A stretch of 64,000 nucleotides of DNA. It comes from Batkoa obscura (Eukaryota). A program made the translations under genes and the position numbers. Positions within the stretch are counted from its first letter, which is position 1; each line of letters begins with the position of its first letter. The stretch spans positions 1,054,001 through 1,118,000 of the forward strand of contig JASVEC010000010.1 of assembly GCA_030770535.1 (NCBI GenBank), in the 5' to 3' direction. A model generated the notes under the pieces. It made no database searches, was not told the origin of the DNA, and saw only the letters and a program-made list of their open reading frames with translations. Of this stretch, positions 12,732 to 24,870 are shown one piece after another.

Positions 12732-13631
12732 ATGATAAAAATGAATTTTAGTAAAGTTAATGAAAATGAGTTGTTGTTAGAACCTTACAATTATTTATCC
12801 AGTAACCCGGGAAAATCTTTTTGTACAAAATTATTGGGAGCCTTTCAACTATGGCTTAAAATTGATGATAAATATTTAAAGACGATAGGCGAAGTGTTGG
12901 AAATGTTACACAGTGCTTCATTGCTTATTGACGATGTGCAAGATAATTCAGAACTAAGAAGAGGAATCCCAGTAGCCCATCGTATCTATGGAGTACCAAT
13001 AACAATTAATTGTGCTAACTATATTTACTTTTTAGCATTACGAAAAATATGTGAATTAGATAATCCAAAACTAATTGAAATCTATTCACTAGAATTAATT
13101 AATTTGCATAAAGGGCAAGGTATGGAATTACATTGTAGGGATAGAAGCATATGTCCAACCCAGGAGGAATATTTAGATATAGTGAATAATAAAACTGGTG
13201 GTTTATTAAGATTAGGAGTTAAAATGATGCAGGAAGTTTCGGATTCTAAGGAAGACTACGTACCATTAGTTAATTTGTTAGGAAAACTTTATCAAATTAG
13301 AGATGATTACATCAATTTGAAAACAGATGAGTATCATTCTGCTAAAGGATTTTGTGAGGATTTAAGTGAGGGCAAATACTCTTTTCCAATTATCCACTCT
13401 TTGAGGACATCTAATAATATTCATCAGTTAGAGAACATATTGAAGCAGCGTAGTGAGAATATCGACTTAAAGAAGTATGCCTTGAAATTAATGGAGGAAA
13501 CTAATTCTTTTGGATATACTAGAGATTATCTACTTCAGCTTCTGAAAGAAATAAGAGCCATGATTGAAAATTTGGGCAGCAATCCATTATTTTTAGACCT
13601 AATTACAAAGTTAGAAAGTGGTGTAATCTAA
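12732..13631 (+). CDS. Geranylgeranyl pyrophosphate synthase-like (Bts1/GGPS1 family), intronless
   Basis: FARM LLIDDVQDNSELRRG, LHKGQG, KTGGL, SARM QIRDDYIN, EDLSEGKYSFP. Confidence 0.9.
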   Translation: MIKMNFSKVNENELLLEPYNYLSSNPGKSFCTKLLGAFQLWLKIDDKYLKTIGEVLEMLHSASLLIDDVQDNSELRRGIPVAHRIYGVPITINCANYIYFLALRKICELDNPKLIEIYSLELINLHKGQGMELHCRDRSICPTQEEYLDIVNNKTGGLLRLGVKMMQEVSDSKEDYVPLVNLLGKLYQIRDDYINLKTDEYHSAKGFCEDLSEGKYSFPIIHSLRTSNNIHQLENILKQRSENIDLKKYALKLMEETNSFGYTRDYLLQLLKEIRAMIENLGSNPLFLDLITKLESGVI

Positions 13632-14831
13632 GTCCTTTGACCCTAATAAAAGTTTTAATCGCTCAACTATGTGTAAGTTTTAAAAATAAATATTCAAGCT
13701 ATTTCAATTTTAAAATAATAATTATTTTAAGAATTAAAATCCAAGCTCTAAACCTAAAACTTTGACATTTAATAATAAAATAAAACAAAAATTTAAATCC
13801 TTATTTAAGCTATAAACTAATAAAAAAAAAATCGTCATTTATGAAAGCCCCCCCTGTAATACTAAATTATTATATCAATTCCAAGCTCTTGACACGAATC
13901 TAGTTGATTTTACAAAGATCTTTTTATGGATTTGGCGACAAAACTTAATAGAAAATTAGACCAAATTGAACTACTGTTTTATTGAAATATGTCATCCAAT
14001 TGTTCCTTCACATTACTTTATATATATTTTAAATAATTTTTCACCACAATATATTTAGAAAAAATTAATAGTCCTCACACAAAAGTACTTTTTTTCAATT
14101 AAATATATTTTGCTTAAATGTAGTTTTTAAAAAATCCTTTTTTAGTTAAATTTGTTCAAATTGAAATAATAATTTCTAAATTTAGTAATGATTATTTAAA
14201 TTTAATTAAGCTGTATGTTCACTATTTTATATTTATATAAGCATGGAAATTAACTTTTAATGATATTTTTACCCCTTCTCAAGCTTTAGAATGATAAATA
14301 GCTCCTTATGTTTTTTTGTTTTTTGACTTCTCATACATTAACTAAGAGAAAGTTAAATTAATTTTAATTAGTTCTTTTTCTTTATATTTAAGTGTTCTAG
14401 TATTACACATATCGCAACGCGAATAAATTAAAGTAAACTGATGAATTTAGCTACTTTATCATTCTCAATCAGTATCTTTATTATTATTTGACATTTTAAT
14501 ATAAATGGTATCAAATAATATTTGAAATTAATTATTAATTTTAGAGTAAAGTTGTCATAAAAAAGTCGATGTTTAAACTTAGAATGTATTATAAAATCTA
14601 ACATTACGTGAATATCATATTAATAGGATATGGTTGCCATATTATCACAAAATTTGAAGAAGCTTTTATGATCAATTTCAAATATATGTATAGTTTTTAC
14701 TTAAAAATATAAAACTTTGAAATATTAAATGTAAACTATTATCATTTATTTCTGATAAACTATTATGTATAATTCACTATTTGACATAAAAAATATACAT
14801 TATACACATCACGCTTTTATTGAGTAATCAA

Positions 14832-16130
14832 TTAGTACTTATAGGTATAGGTTGGATAAGCATAAGTAGTAGTTTTGGTTGATGCGGTAGGTTTAGGGCA
14901 AGTACTGATGGTAGTAGTCAAAGTTTTGGTATCAGTTTTGGTATTAGTTTGAGTCTTGGTTTGTGTTTGAGTCAAAGTTTTGGTATCAGTCTTAGTTTGA
15001 GTAAGGGTTTTGGTATCAGTTTTAGTTATAGTTTTAGTGACTGGTGGGATAGTATAAGTTGGAGTAGGGGTACATGAGCTGACACTTGTTACAGTGATAG
15101 TTTTACTTACAGTAGTTGGAATAGTAACAGTTTGAGTTTTAGTATTATCCTTAGTTATGGTGGTGGTGACTGGTACACTGATAGTACTGGTTGATACTGA
15201 AATATTGGTTACAGTGGTAGTGGTTGGTACAAGAACAGAAGTAGTACTGGTTTGAGTTTGAGTCTCAGTTACTTTTGAAGTAACAGTGTCATGAATAGTA
15301 GAAGTTTCAGTCTTGATATCAGTTAAAGTAGTTGGGACAGTGGTAGTAACAGTTGAGGTAGAAACATCGGTCTTAGTCTCAGTTAAAGTGGTTGGAACAG
15401 TAGTAGTAACAGAAACTGTATCAGTCTTAGTTTCAGTTAAAGTGGTTGGGACAGTAGTAGTAACAGAAACTGTATCAGTCTTAGTCTCAGTTAAAGTGGT
15501 TGGGACAGTAGTAGTGACAGAAACTGTGTCAGTTTTAGTTTCAGTTAATGTAGTAGGAACGACAGTGGTAGAAACTAATGTGGTAGTTTGAGTATCAGTA
15601 ACAGTATCGGTTTTAGTACTTATATTGGTTGAGGTTACAGTATCAGTCAAAGTCTTAGTTTGAGTATCTGTAACAGTTTGAGTGTTGGTTATGGTGGTTG
15701 GAACAGTGATAGTAGTAACTTCAGGAGTAGCTACAGTTGTAGTGACAGTTGCAGTATCAGTTTGAGTCTTAGTGATAGTATCATGAACGGTTTCAGTATT
15801 TGTTACACTGACTGTATCAGTCTTAGTTTCAGTTGCAGTGACTGTATCGTGAATAGTTTCTTTTGAAGTAACAGTAGATGTAACTTCATTCGTAACAGTA
15901 GTGGGGACAGTAATTGTCACAGGAGTAGTTTCAGTTTTAGTCTCAGTTTTAGTTATTTCCTTAGTAGAAGTCAATGTAGTTGGTTGTATAAGAGTTGAGG
16001 TAACTACGCTAGTGTTAGTGCATTTAGATACAGTACTAGTTGTAGTTCTGGTAACAGTAACGGTATAGTGAGCAAGAGCTGGAGAAATTCCAATGGCAAT
16101 TAAGGCAATTAAGCTATAAAAATTTTTCAT
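14832..16130 (-). CDS. Secreted Thr-rich mucin/adhesin-like protein, copy A
   Basis: Signal peptide, very Thr-rich, 18-aa (54-bp) repeats VPTTLTETKTDTVSVTTT; no hydrophobic GPI tail. Confidence 0.85.
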   Translation of the reverse strand: MKNFYSLIALIAIGISPALAHYTVTVTRTTTSTVSKCTNTSVVTSTLIQPTTLTSTKEITKTETKTETTPVTITVPTTVTNEVTSTVTSKETIHDTVTATETKTDTVSVTNTETVHDTITKTQTDTATVTTTVATPEVTTITVPTTITNTQTVTDTQTKTLTDTVTSTNISTKTDTVTDTQTTTLVSTTVVPTTLTETKTDTVSVTTTVPTTLTETKTDTVSVTTTVPTTLTETKTDTVSVTTTVPTTLTETKTDVSTSTVTTTVPTTLTDIKTETSTIHDTVTSKVTETQTQTSTTSVLVPTTTTVTNISVSTSTISVPVTTTITKDNTKTQTVTIPTTVSKTITVTSVSSCTPTPTYTIPPVTKTITKTDTKTLTQTKTDTKTLTQTQTKTQTNTKTDTKTLTTTISTCPKPTASTKTTTYAYPTYTYKY

Positions 16131-16881
16131 TATATTAGATTTATATTAAAAGATTGAATTAAGTAGCTAAGTTGATACACAAATTTACTATGAAATTCAT
16201 CACTATATATACTTTTCAATTTCTAATATTGATTAGTAAATAATAAATAATACGGTGATGGTGGATTATATCAAACTAAACGTAGTAAAATGGTTCACGC
16301 ATTTAGATATTCTTTGTTGTGATCTATTTACTAATATGAAGGCTAATTAAAATCTTGAACAATATTCGCTTCTATTTAAGTTCCACTTGCTTAAAATAAA
16401 AAAATAATCTCGAAAAGACTATTAAAGTAATTTTTTAAATTATTTACAATCTTGTGTTTATGTAAAGTTCAATACAGTTTTATTAAAGTATTTAATGGCC
16501 ATAATTTTTACAAATTAGTCAGGTATAAAACATTTTTGATATTTTCGGGCTGAAAGAATAAATAATTAAATTAAGAACCAAAACAAACCATCGAAACCCC
16601 CTTTCTTTTAAAAGTTGATTATAAATAAAATGGTTAATGAATAACTTTTGAGGTAGATTCCTGTTTTCTTAAATATGGCGCTAACCTTTGTTTTCAAGAA
16701 TTTTTTGAGTATACAATTTTAAAGCCATAAAATCATGTTACACCATTTATATAATACAAATGGTTATTTAAAATGATGCATGTGTAAAATATGCTGTACA
16801 TCTATAATAAAATTATATTTAATATTTCCTATTTTCGCTTTATTTTAAATGAATTCAAACTGCAGCTCTAATTTACTATAT

Positions 16882-16979
16882 GGGGATGTTTTTTTGGCTT
16901 CATCGCTCTTTCCATTTTTTAATCACTATTTGAGTAGAAAAAGTGCTAGTAAAATTCTTAAACACAAAAATACATTTTT
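16882..16979 (+). mobile_element. 98-bp MITE copy
   Basis: TSD ATAT/ATAT; right terminal CCCC mutated to TTTT; absent from the paralogous flank near 20735. Confidence 0.88.
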
Positions 16980-17597
16980 ATATTAAGTTTTAGTAAGTTT
17001 TAGAAACAGATGAGTTTAAATCATCTTCAAAACTGTAAATAAAATTTTTCTGATTAATTTCAACTAAATTTCAGAATTCTTTAACTAGTTTCAAAATTAG
17101 GCAGAAAAAACTATTTTCCCTCTGTTTATAGATGATTACCAATTTTATAATAAAATTAAAATTGAAAGAAGATTGACTCTAACTACAAACTAACCTAAAT
17201 ATAAACTATAAAGTATAACAGTTCTTTTTGCCTCCTTTAGCTTAACCGAATTTCTAATCTATCCTCCCTTTTATTTTTCCCTTGTATCTCTTATTCTATC
17301 AGTTAATCATTCAAAAAATGTTCTTTCAACAATAAAACACGGATAGCCTTTGAATTCTTCAAGATTTTGCAAAAAAAGCGTAAAACAAAAGTACAAAAGT
17401 TAAATATTTGAGTTATAAAGCAATTTAATAGTTTTTCTAGTAAAAGCTACAATTGTGAGGTTTAAAATTAAGTGATATAAAGTTAAGATAAAGTAGGCCA
17501 GATAAAATCAATCTTTAAAATAATTCTATCTGTTCCAAAGTAAGTGTCTGATTTGGGGGAAAAGTTCATAATCCTAAAGGATTTAGTAAGACTATAT

Positions 17598-17695
17598 GAT
17601 GATATATTTTTGTGTTTAAGAATTTTACTAGCACTTTTTCTACTCAAATAGTGATTAAAAAATGGAAAGAGCGATGAAGCCAAAAAAATACCCTT
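17598..17695 (-). mobile_element. 98-bp MITE copy
   Basis: Reverse complement of the 16882 copy with shared diagnostic variants; decayed ends. Confidence 0.85.
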
Positions 17696-17904
17696 CTATT
17701 ATATTTTGGTTTCAATTCTTTTTTCAATTTTCAAATCCCATTAAGCAGAAAAGCTATTAATATAACTCCCAAACAAAAGAAGACATGTAGTATATATATT
17801 TGAAATTATACCTTACATTGGATACTTTCTAATAATGACAGATATTATTTTATCACTATCAAAAAGTATTTAATGTAAATCATATCTTGAAAAAAATATA
17901 CTAT

Positions 17905-18000
17905 GGGGATGCATTTTTGTGTAAGAATTTTACTAACAAATTTTCCGCTCAAATAGTGCTTAAAGAATTAAAAAAATGATGAAGCTAAAAAAACATCCCC
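17905..18000 (-). mobile_element. MITE copy
   Basis: GGGGATG...CATCCCC with exact TSD CTAT/CTAT. Confidence 0.9.
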
Positions 18001-18028
18001 CTATTTTAACTTATTCCTATAACAATAT

Positions 18029-18128
18029 GGCTGTGTTTTTTTGACTTTATTATTTTTTTCCATTTCTTAAGCGCTATTTGAGCGAAAAATTTGTTAGTAA
18101 AATTCTTAAATACAAAGATACATCCCCC
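18029..18128 (+). mobile_element. MITE copy
   Basis: Core TAAGCGCTATTTGAG...AAATTCTTAAA; flanks ATAT/ATAT. Confidence 0.85.
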
Positions 18129-18725
18129 ATATAAAGTTTGTCTTAAATTGGTATTTTTTCCAAACAGAAAAGTATCTAAAAAATATTTATGTATAACTTA
18201 GCTTTACTTTATAATAATAAAACTTAAACATTTACATTTTTACAAATACCTATTTAACTTAATCAATTTATACTGTGAATTTATGTATTCAATATAAAAT
18301 TTATTTATTTAATAGAATCATTCTATCAGAAAACGTGATAGTAAGGATTAGAAATTATAAAAAAAATTACTATTTAATATATATTATAATTTAAAAGCTT
18401 ACAATAATTATTTAATTAACTAATCTAACACTTATTGTAAATACTATAACTTATAATATAATCTTATAGTAAAGTAAAAAATGTATTCAATAAAGTAGTA
18501 TAAGAAAATGATAACAGGTGTTACTTTTTTAAGTTGTCATACCATTAATATCAATAATGCAGTTTTTTTATCTTTGTTTTGTCAACATGTAATTCTTTGC
18601 AATCATCTGTTTGATAGGATTATGTTCATAATTTAGATAATATTTTATATTTATTCGTTATAAAAAATATACATTATACACATCACACTTTTATTAAGTA
18701 ATCATTTAACAGCTTTAGCTATAGG

Positions 18726-20006
18726 TTAGTGGAAATCAATAGTGGTATCGGTTGATGCGGTAGGTTTAGGGCAAGTACTGATGGTAGTAGTCAAAGTTTT
18801 GGTATCAGTTTTGGTATTAGTTTGAGTCTTGGTTTGTGTTTGAGTCAAAGTTTTGGTACCAGTCTTAGTTTGAGTAAGGGTTTTGGTATCAGTTTTAGTT
18901 ATAGTTTTAGTGACTGGTGGGATAGTATAAGTTGGAGTAGGGGTACATGAGCTGACACTTGTTACAGTGATAGTTTTACTTACAGTAGTTGGAATAGTAA
19001 CAGTTTGAGTTTTAGTATTATCCTTAGTTATGGTGGTGGTGACTGGTACACTGATAGTACTGGTTGATACTGAAATATTGGTTACAGTGGTAGTGGTTGG
19101 TACAAGAACAGAAGTAGTACTGGTTTGAGTTTGAGTCTCAGTTACTTTTGAAGTAACAGTGTCATGAATAGTAGAAGTTTCAGTCTTGATATCAGTTAAA
19201 GTAGTTGGGACAGTGGTAGTAACAGTTGAGGTAGAAACATCGGTCTTAGTCTCAGTTAAAGTGGTTGGAACAGTAGTAGTAACAGAAACTGTATCAGTCT
19301 TAGTTTCAGTTAAAGTGGTTGGGACAGTAGTAGTAACAGAAACTGTATCAGTCTTAGTCTCAGTTAAAGTGGTTGGGACAGTAGTAGTGACAGAAACTGT
19401 GTCAGTTTTAGTTTCAGTTAATGTAGTAGGAACGACAGTGGTAGAAACTAATGTGGTAGTTTGAGTATCAGTAACAGTATCGGTTTTAGTACTTATATTG
19501 GTTGAGGTTACAGTATCAGTCAAAGTCTTAGTTTGAGTATCTGTAACAGTTTGAGTGTTGGTTATGGTGGTTGGAACAGTGATAGTAGTAACTTCAGGAG
19601 TAGCTACAGTTGTAGTGACAGTTGCAGTATCAGTTTGAGTCTTAGTGATAGTATCATGAACGGTTTCAGTATTTGTTACACTGACTGTATCAGTCTTAGT
19701 TTCAGTTGCAGTGACTGTATCGTGAATAGTTTCTTTTGAAGTAACAGTAGATGTAATTTTATTTGTAACAGTAGTGGGGACAGTAATTGTCACAGGAGTA
19801 GTTTCAGTTTTAGTCTCAGTTTTAGTTATTTCCTTAGTAGAAGTTGATATAGTTAGCTTTGTAAGAGTTGAAGTAACTGTGGTCTGGCATCTTTGAAATA
19901 CAGTTGTAGTAGCAGTTTGATACTCAGTGACGGTAGGAACTAATGTAGCAGGAGTTGGAGAAATTCCAATGGCAATTAAGGCAATTAAGCTATAAAAAAA
20001 TTTCAT
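18726..20006 (-). CDS. Secreted Thr-rich mucin/adhesin-like protein, copy B
   Basis: Tandem paralog of 14832-16130 (offset about 3873 bp). Confidence 0.85.
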   Translation of the reverse strand: MKFFYSLIALIAIGISPTPATLVPTVTEYQTATTTVFQRCQTTVTSTLTKLTISTSTKEITKTETKTETTPVTITVPTTVTNKITSTVTSKETIHDTVTATETKTDTVSVTNTETVHDTITKTQTDTATVTTTVATPEVTTITVPTTITNTQTVTDTQTKTLTDTVTSTNISTKTDTVTDTQTTTLVSTTVVPTTLTETKTDTVSVTTTVPTTLTETKTDTVSVTTTVPTTLTETKTDTVSVTTTVPTTLTETKTDVSTSTVTTTVPTTLTDIKTETSTIHDTVTSKVTETQTQTSTTSVLVPTTTTVTNISVSTSTISVPVTTTITKDNTKTQTVTIPTTVSKTITVTSVSSCTPTPTYTIPPVTKTITKTDTKTLTQTKTGTKTLTQTQTKTQTNTKTDTKTLTTTISTCPKPTASTDTTIDFH

Positions 20007-21262
20007 TATATTAGATTTATATTAAAAAATTGAATTAAGTAGCTAGATCGATACAAGGATTTGTTCAAAACTCATCCTTTATAAACTTTTTAAAGTTTAT
20101 ATTAATTAGTAAAGAATAGATAATATGGTGATGATAAATCAATTTGAACCAAATGTAGTGAAATGGTTAATGCTTATAGATATTTTTCGTCATGATCTAT
20201 TTATTAATGCAAGAACTGACATAAAAGTCCTGTATAGTGTTCAAATTACTTTAAAGTTCATTAACTAATTTAAAATGATTTATCTCGAAAAGACTTATAA
20301 AGTAATTTTTATCATTATATTTATAATATTGTGTTTACTAAAGTTCAATGCAGTGTTTTATTATAATAAATGACCCTAATTTCTACAAATTAGATAAGTA
20401 TAAGATATTTTTGATGCTTTTAAGTTTTAAGGATAAATAATTAAATTATCTAAAGAGCCAAATAATTGTCGGAATCCCCTTTCTTTAAAAGCTCATCATG
20501 AAAAAGTGGCTAATGAATAACTTTAGAGGTAGACTCCTGTTTTCTTAAATATGGCGCTAACCTTTGTTTTTGAGAACTACCAAAGTATATTGTTCTAAAA
20601 CAAAAGGATAATATCGCACCACTCACATATTACAAGTAGTTATATTAAACATATAATACAACTATGATTATTTTCACTTAGTATTTCCTATCTCCGATTC
20701 ACTCTAAATAAATTCAAATTGGAGTTCTAATTTAGCATTAAGCTTTAAGTTCTAAAAACGAATGAGTTTAAAATATTTTACATAATTGTAAATAAGGTTT
20801 TTTAACTTGACTCTATTTTTAAAAACAAAGTAAAATTTTTGTGATTTTATTTCAGAATTGACTTCATATGTAGGAAGATATCTAACTGAGATAAAGTATA
20901 GTCAAATAAAAGACAGTATTTATGAAGGCAGTGAATTCATCCAGCATTGGACGGGTAATACTTCAAGAAAAGTGAATATCATAGTGTATAAGGCTGAGTC
21001 ATTGGAGTTAGTCAATTTGGCTAAATGGAACTGAGTTCCATGAGTCCTAAAGCTGATGTAATTTGGAGACAAACGAGTTGATTTAAATTAAAATTATAAA
21101 ATTGCACGGCTAGCTTCAAGAATGGCTAAAAAAGTGGTTATTTTAATATTTATACAAAGTTTGGAAATTTCATGAATAAAGGTAACAGAAAAATTGAACC
21201 TCAATTATAGACTGATCTAAAAGTAAGGTATAAAATATAAAGCTTATAATAATGTAAGATTT

Positions 21263-21359
21263 GGGGATATTTTTTTTTGATTTCATTACTTTTTCATTTT
21301 TAAGCGCTATCTGAGTAGAAAGATTGTTAACAAAATTCTTAAACAAAAAATACAGTCCC
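21263..21359 (+). mobile_element. MITE copy
   Basis: GGGGATAT...CAGTCCC, family core; flanks ATTT/ATAT. Confidence 0.85.
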
Positions 21360-21699
21360 ATATAGCGATTTAAATTAATTAGTCCAAAGATAATATGAAG
21401 TAAAACAAGTTAAGCTAGTGTTTATTTAAAAATTATGTAACAAATATATAATATAATGTGCCTTTATCTCAAGTAGTAATATTATTCTAGAGTAAGTTTG
21501 AAATTTTTCTAAATATAAGTTTCTAAAAGTCTAAGAGAATTTAAACTTTATAAGAATAATATAGTTTAAATATAATTAAAGATTCTAAAATCTACACCTT
21601 AAATTGTTTTCTTTTTTCTTGCTCCTTCATAATAGACATTTCTTTAATTTAAACTATTTAACTGCGAAAAAGCTTTATAAAGTTAGAAATTTAATATAT

Positions 21700-21794
21700 T
21701 GGGATATTTTTTTTTGGTCAATAATTTTACCAACAATTCTTTTACTCAAATAACGCTTAAAAAATGGAAAAAGTTATGAAACCAAAACAGCTCC
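21700..21794 (-). mobile_element. MITE copy (degenerate)
   Basis: GGGATAT...CAGCTCC, core TACTCAAATAACGCTTAAAAAATGG. Confidence 0.8.
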
Positions 21795-22504
21795 ATATAG
21801 TATTATCTTTAAACAATAATGTTATATTACTAAGCATTGATATATATATTTACCTATACTAAGAGTATTTCTGATGAAGCTTATAAGGGTTTATAAATTA
21901 CTCCTTAATAAGCTATTTTATTAAAATAGAAACTTTATAACATTTCTAATCTAACTTTTTAAAAAGTTATATTTTTAAAAGTTAATAATGATTTATCTTG
22001 AAATTTTGTTTAATCGTTATTCTGAATACTTAAATAATTTACAGTGAATTCCTTTTATTACTTTTTCTATTAAATCTAACCTGTTTTTTAAAATATAATA
22101 TAATAATAGTTAATTTAAATAATATTAATAACATAATTCTATTTATAATCTATCCAAACCAATGTCTATTTATTTAACCAGAGCTACTTCCCAAAGTTCA
22201 ATATCTAATATTAAGCTTTGCACTTCCATTTAATCCTCAACTTTTTTCACTCTACATCACTTTACCTTTCAAAAATAAACTATTCAAAGATTTAGTTCTT
22301 TCAAACGTATTTTTACGAAAAGGAAAGTAAAACCTATTTTATTATAAAATAAACATAAAAAATACACTAAATCACATAATAATCAATAGATTAGAAAAAG
22401 CTATAGGAACATCTTCGTTTATTTAGACAGATTACAAAATAAATACTATATTATTTTATAAAAACTTTATTACCTTAAAATAAATAATACAAAACTGTCA
22501 ATGG

Positions 22505-23794
22505 CTACACATCTATCACATGACATTTCTGTTTTCTCTTTTTCCTAGCATTCTGAATGAGAGTTCGGAACTGATCTTTATACTTATTTTGTAAAAACAA
22601 ATCAGTTAAGGGAAAAAAATACAAATAACTTCAAAAACTATAAATAACTTCAAAAAAAGGATATGATGTTTAATACAATCCACTTCATTTAAAATCGCTA
22701 ATCTATTCTCACTCTTTTGTATTTTTTCCCAACTTTCCAACTCTTTAAGTAAAGTAGATAAAGGCTTTGGATTTAATACATCCAAATTAGAATTATGTAG
22801 ATTCGTAAAATGGGTATGCCTTTTCTGTAATGTATTTCTATCGCCTTTGGTACTCAATTCATATTTCTAAATCACTTAATGCCAGTGAATCTTACACAGT
22901 TATCGTTTTACCTTTAGTAAATCTTTTAGTTGTTTATCCGTCATTAAGTTGTACGCTACTTTCGGCAAATATCTAATTACAAAAAAGTATGGAGATAAAT
23001 TTATTTTAACTCGATTTCATAGCTTATTACTTAGCCCTATCTATTATTGGTTCTTCGATAGGTACTTCATTATCTAATGGTATCCCATCACTATCATCAA
23101 AAAAACAATTGCTCATGTGAATTTCTAAATCTTCTTTTGTATCGTAAACCAAATTACATATCGGGCAAGAATGAAATTCCCCCTCTACTTTTTAACCTTT
23201 TTAAACATTATTATAAAATAGATTTGAAAGCATCTTACCTGATTTATTATTTATATCGGCTTCATTCTCAGCTATTACTTTATTATTTGATTCCTCTGTA
23301 ATTCTACCATTTTGTTCGCTCTCTTAGATAAAAGATCAATCAAATTGTTTACTTAATCAATATATTAGTACCTATCTTTCTACTCGATTCAGCCATTTTG
23401 AAATCACTATCACCCTTTTTCTCCTCATTAATCAACTTATTTCTAAAATATTTCTAAATATAAAATAATAACCCAAATGTTATAATGCTTACTTTAAACT
23501 TTTTAGCTTTAAAGCAATAGCATCAAGTTGAACGACCCTTCTTAGATCGTTTTCGTTAGATGGTGTTGTACATTGAGGACAGAACTTTTTCACTTGTTGA
23601 TTAGAAAAAGAAACTCTAATACATAATGAACAAAAGGTATGGCCGCAAAGCAATGTAGTTGGTCCATTATAAATCTCCTTACATATTGGACAATACAAGT
23701 GATCCTCAAGTTCTTTCAAATAGAAGTATTCTGATGGCCAATCTCGTTCTTTCTCTATTGATGCTATTTTGTTATTCGTTAAGTATTTGTCCAT
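22505..23794 (-). CDS. RAD18: E3 ubiquitin ligase Rad18, multi-exon
   Basis: RING (CPICKE..LCGHTFCSLCIR..CPQC), UBZ4 (CPIC..LEIHMSNC), SAP region (LPKVAYNLMTDKQLK..STKGDRNTLQKRH); last exon YKDQFRTLIQNARK, stop TAG at 22505. Confidence 0.9.
22591..22664 (-). other. AT-AC minor-class (U12-type) intron in RAD18
   Basis: 5' splice site ATATCCTTT, branch site TTCCCTTAAC 14 nt upstream of the intron end (terminal AC); removal restores the frame. Confidence 0.85.
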
Positions 23795-24870
23795 TCAATT
23801 TTGAAATTTTTTAGTTTAAGAAACGAAGAAGTCATTTTTTTAAAAACTGTCCTTATAAGTCAAGTGATTGGTTTGACTTTTAGGCACCCATAATAAATTA
23901 AGTATATTTGCAATTATTTTTTTGGTCCAACTGTATAATTATAGTTATTATCAAAAGTAAATAAAAAACATCCTTTTGAGCAATGAAACAGGTATTAAGA
24001 GGATATTGTGAGGCATGAAACAGTATTTTATTAATGATTTACATAGTTTTTACTGTCTTTACAAAATTAACCTTAATAATGAAATAAATTGTTCTAATTT
24101 TACTTAAAAAATCATTATTTGAGTTTTATTGTTAAATATCAAAAAGAATGAGATCAAAGTATTTGTTTACTCATATTGATTTTTGGCTGCTAAGACAAGA
24201 ACAGAGACAAACAATACTAATAAAGCCTACAGCAATCAAGTGTCATAAAATTAAGATTAAGAATAAATAATGTTATGTTTTAAATGATAAACTTATTTGT
24301 CTAAAAGTCTATTTTCAATGATGAATTTAATTAATTTAATATAAACTTGATTATATGATATTAATGACTAAACTTTTATAAAATAATATTAAAGAATGTA
24401 ATTATGTTATTCATTAATGAATGAGTTTTTAATTATTTCAAAGTAGACTATTTGTCCACTTTATTTAATAATTTTTATTAAATCTTTGCTAATTATTACT
24501 TTTATTGTATTATTAATGATGATTAAGCTTAGGTAATTTTTAAAAACCACTCCAATATTAAATTTATATTATTGTATCAACATCAACATGTAAAATGTCT
24601 ATTGATTTTACTATTAAAGTTTAGCTTACCTGATAAAGAATTCAATATTATTCTTCGTCTTGTGAGATTAAATACAAAAACTCCTCTTTTTTAAAAATTC
24701 CCCATAAGAGCATATTACTAAATTAATCTATACCTTAATACAATTTACATTGAACTGTATAATCATAATCAACAATATGAATTGAACTATATGAATATAT
24801 ATTATACTATAAGTTGACTTGAGACTATAAATATGCTGCTTTTTTTCATTAAACAAAACATCAAACAAAT

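Noticed and set aside
7302..13631. Terpene biosynthetic cluster around the GGPPS-like gene
   Set aside because: No cyclase, P450 or prenyltransferase nearby.
15313..19739. Plus-strand Val/Ser-rich ORFs (15313, 15660, 19186, 19533)
   Set aside because: Antisense shadows of the Thr-codon repeats.
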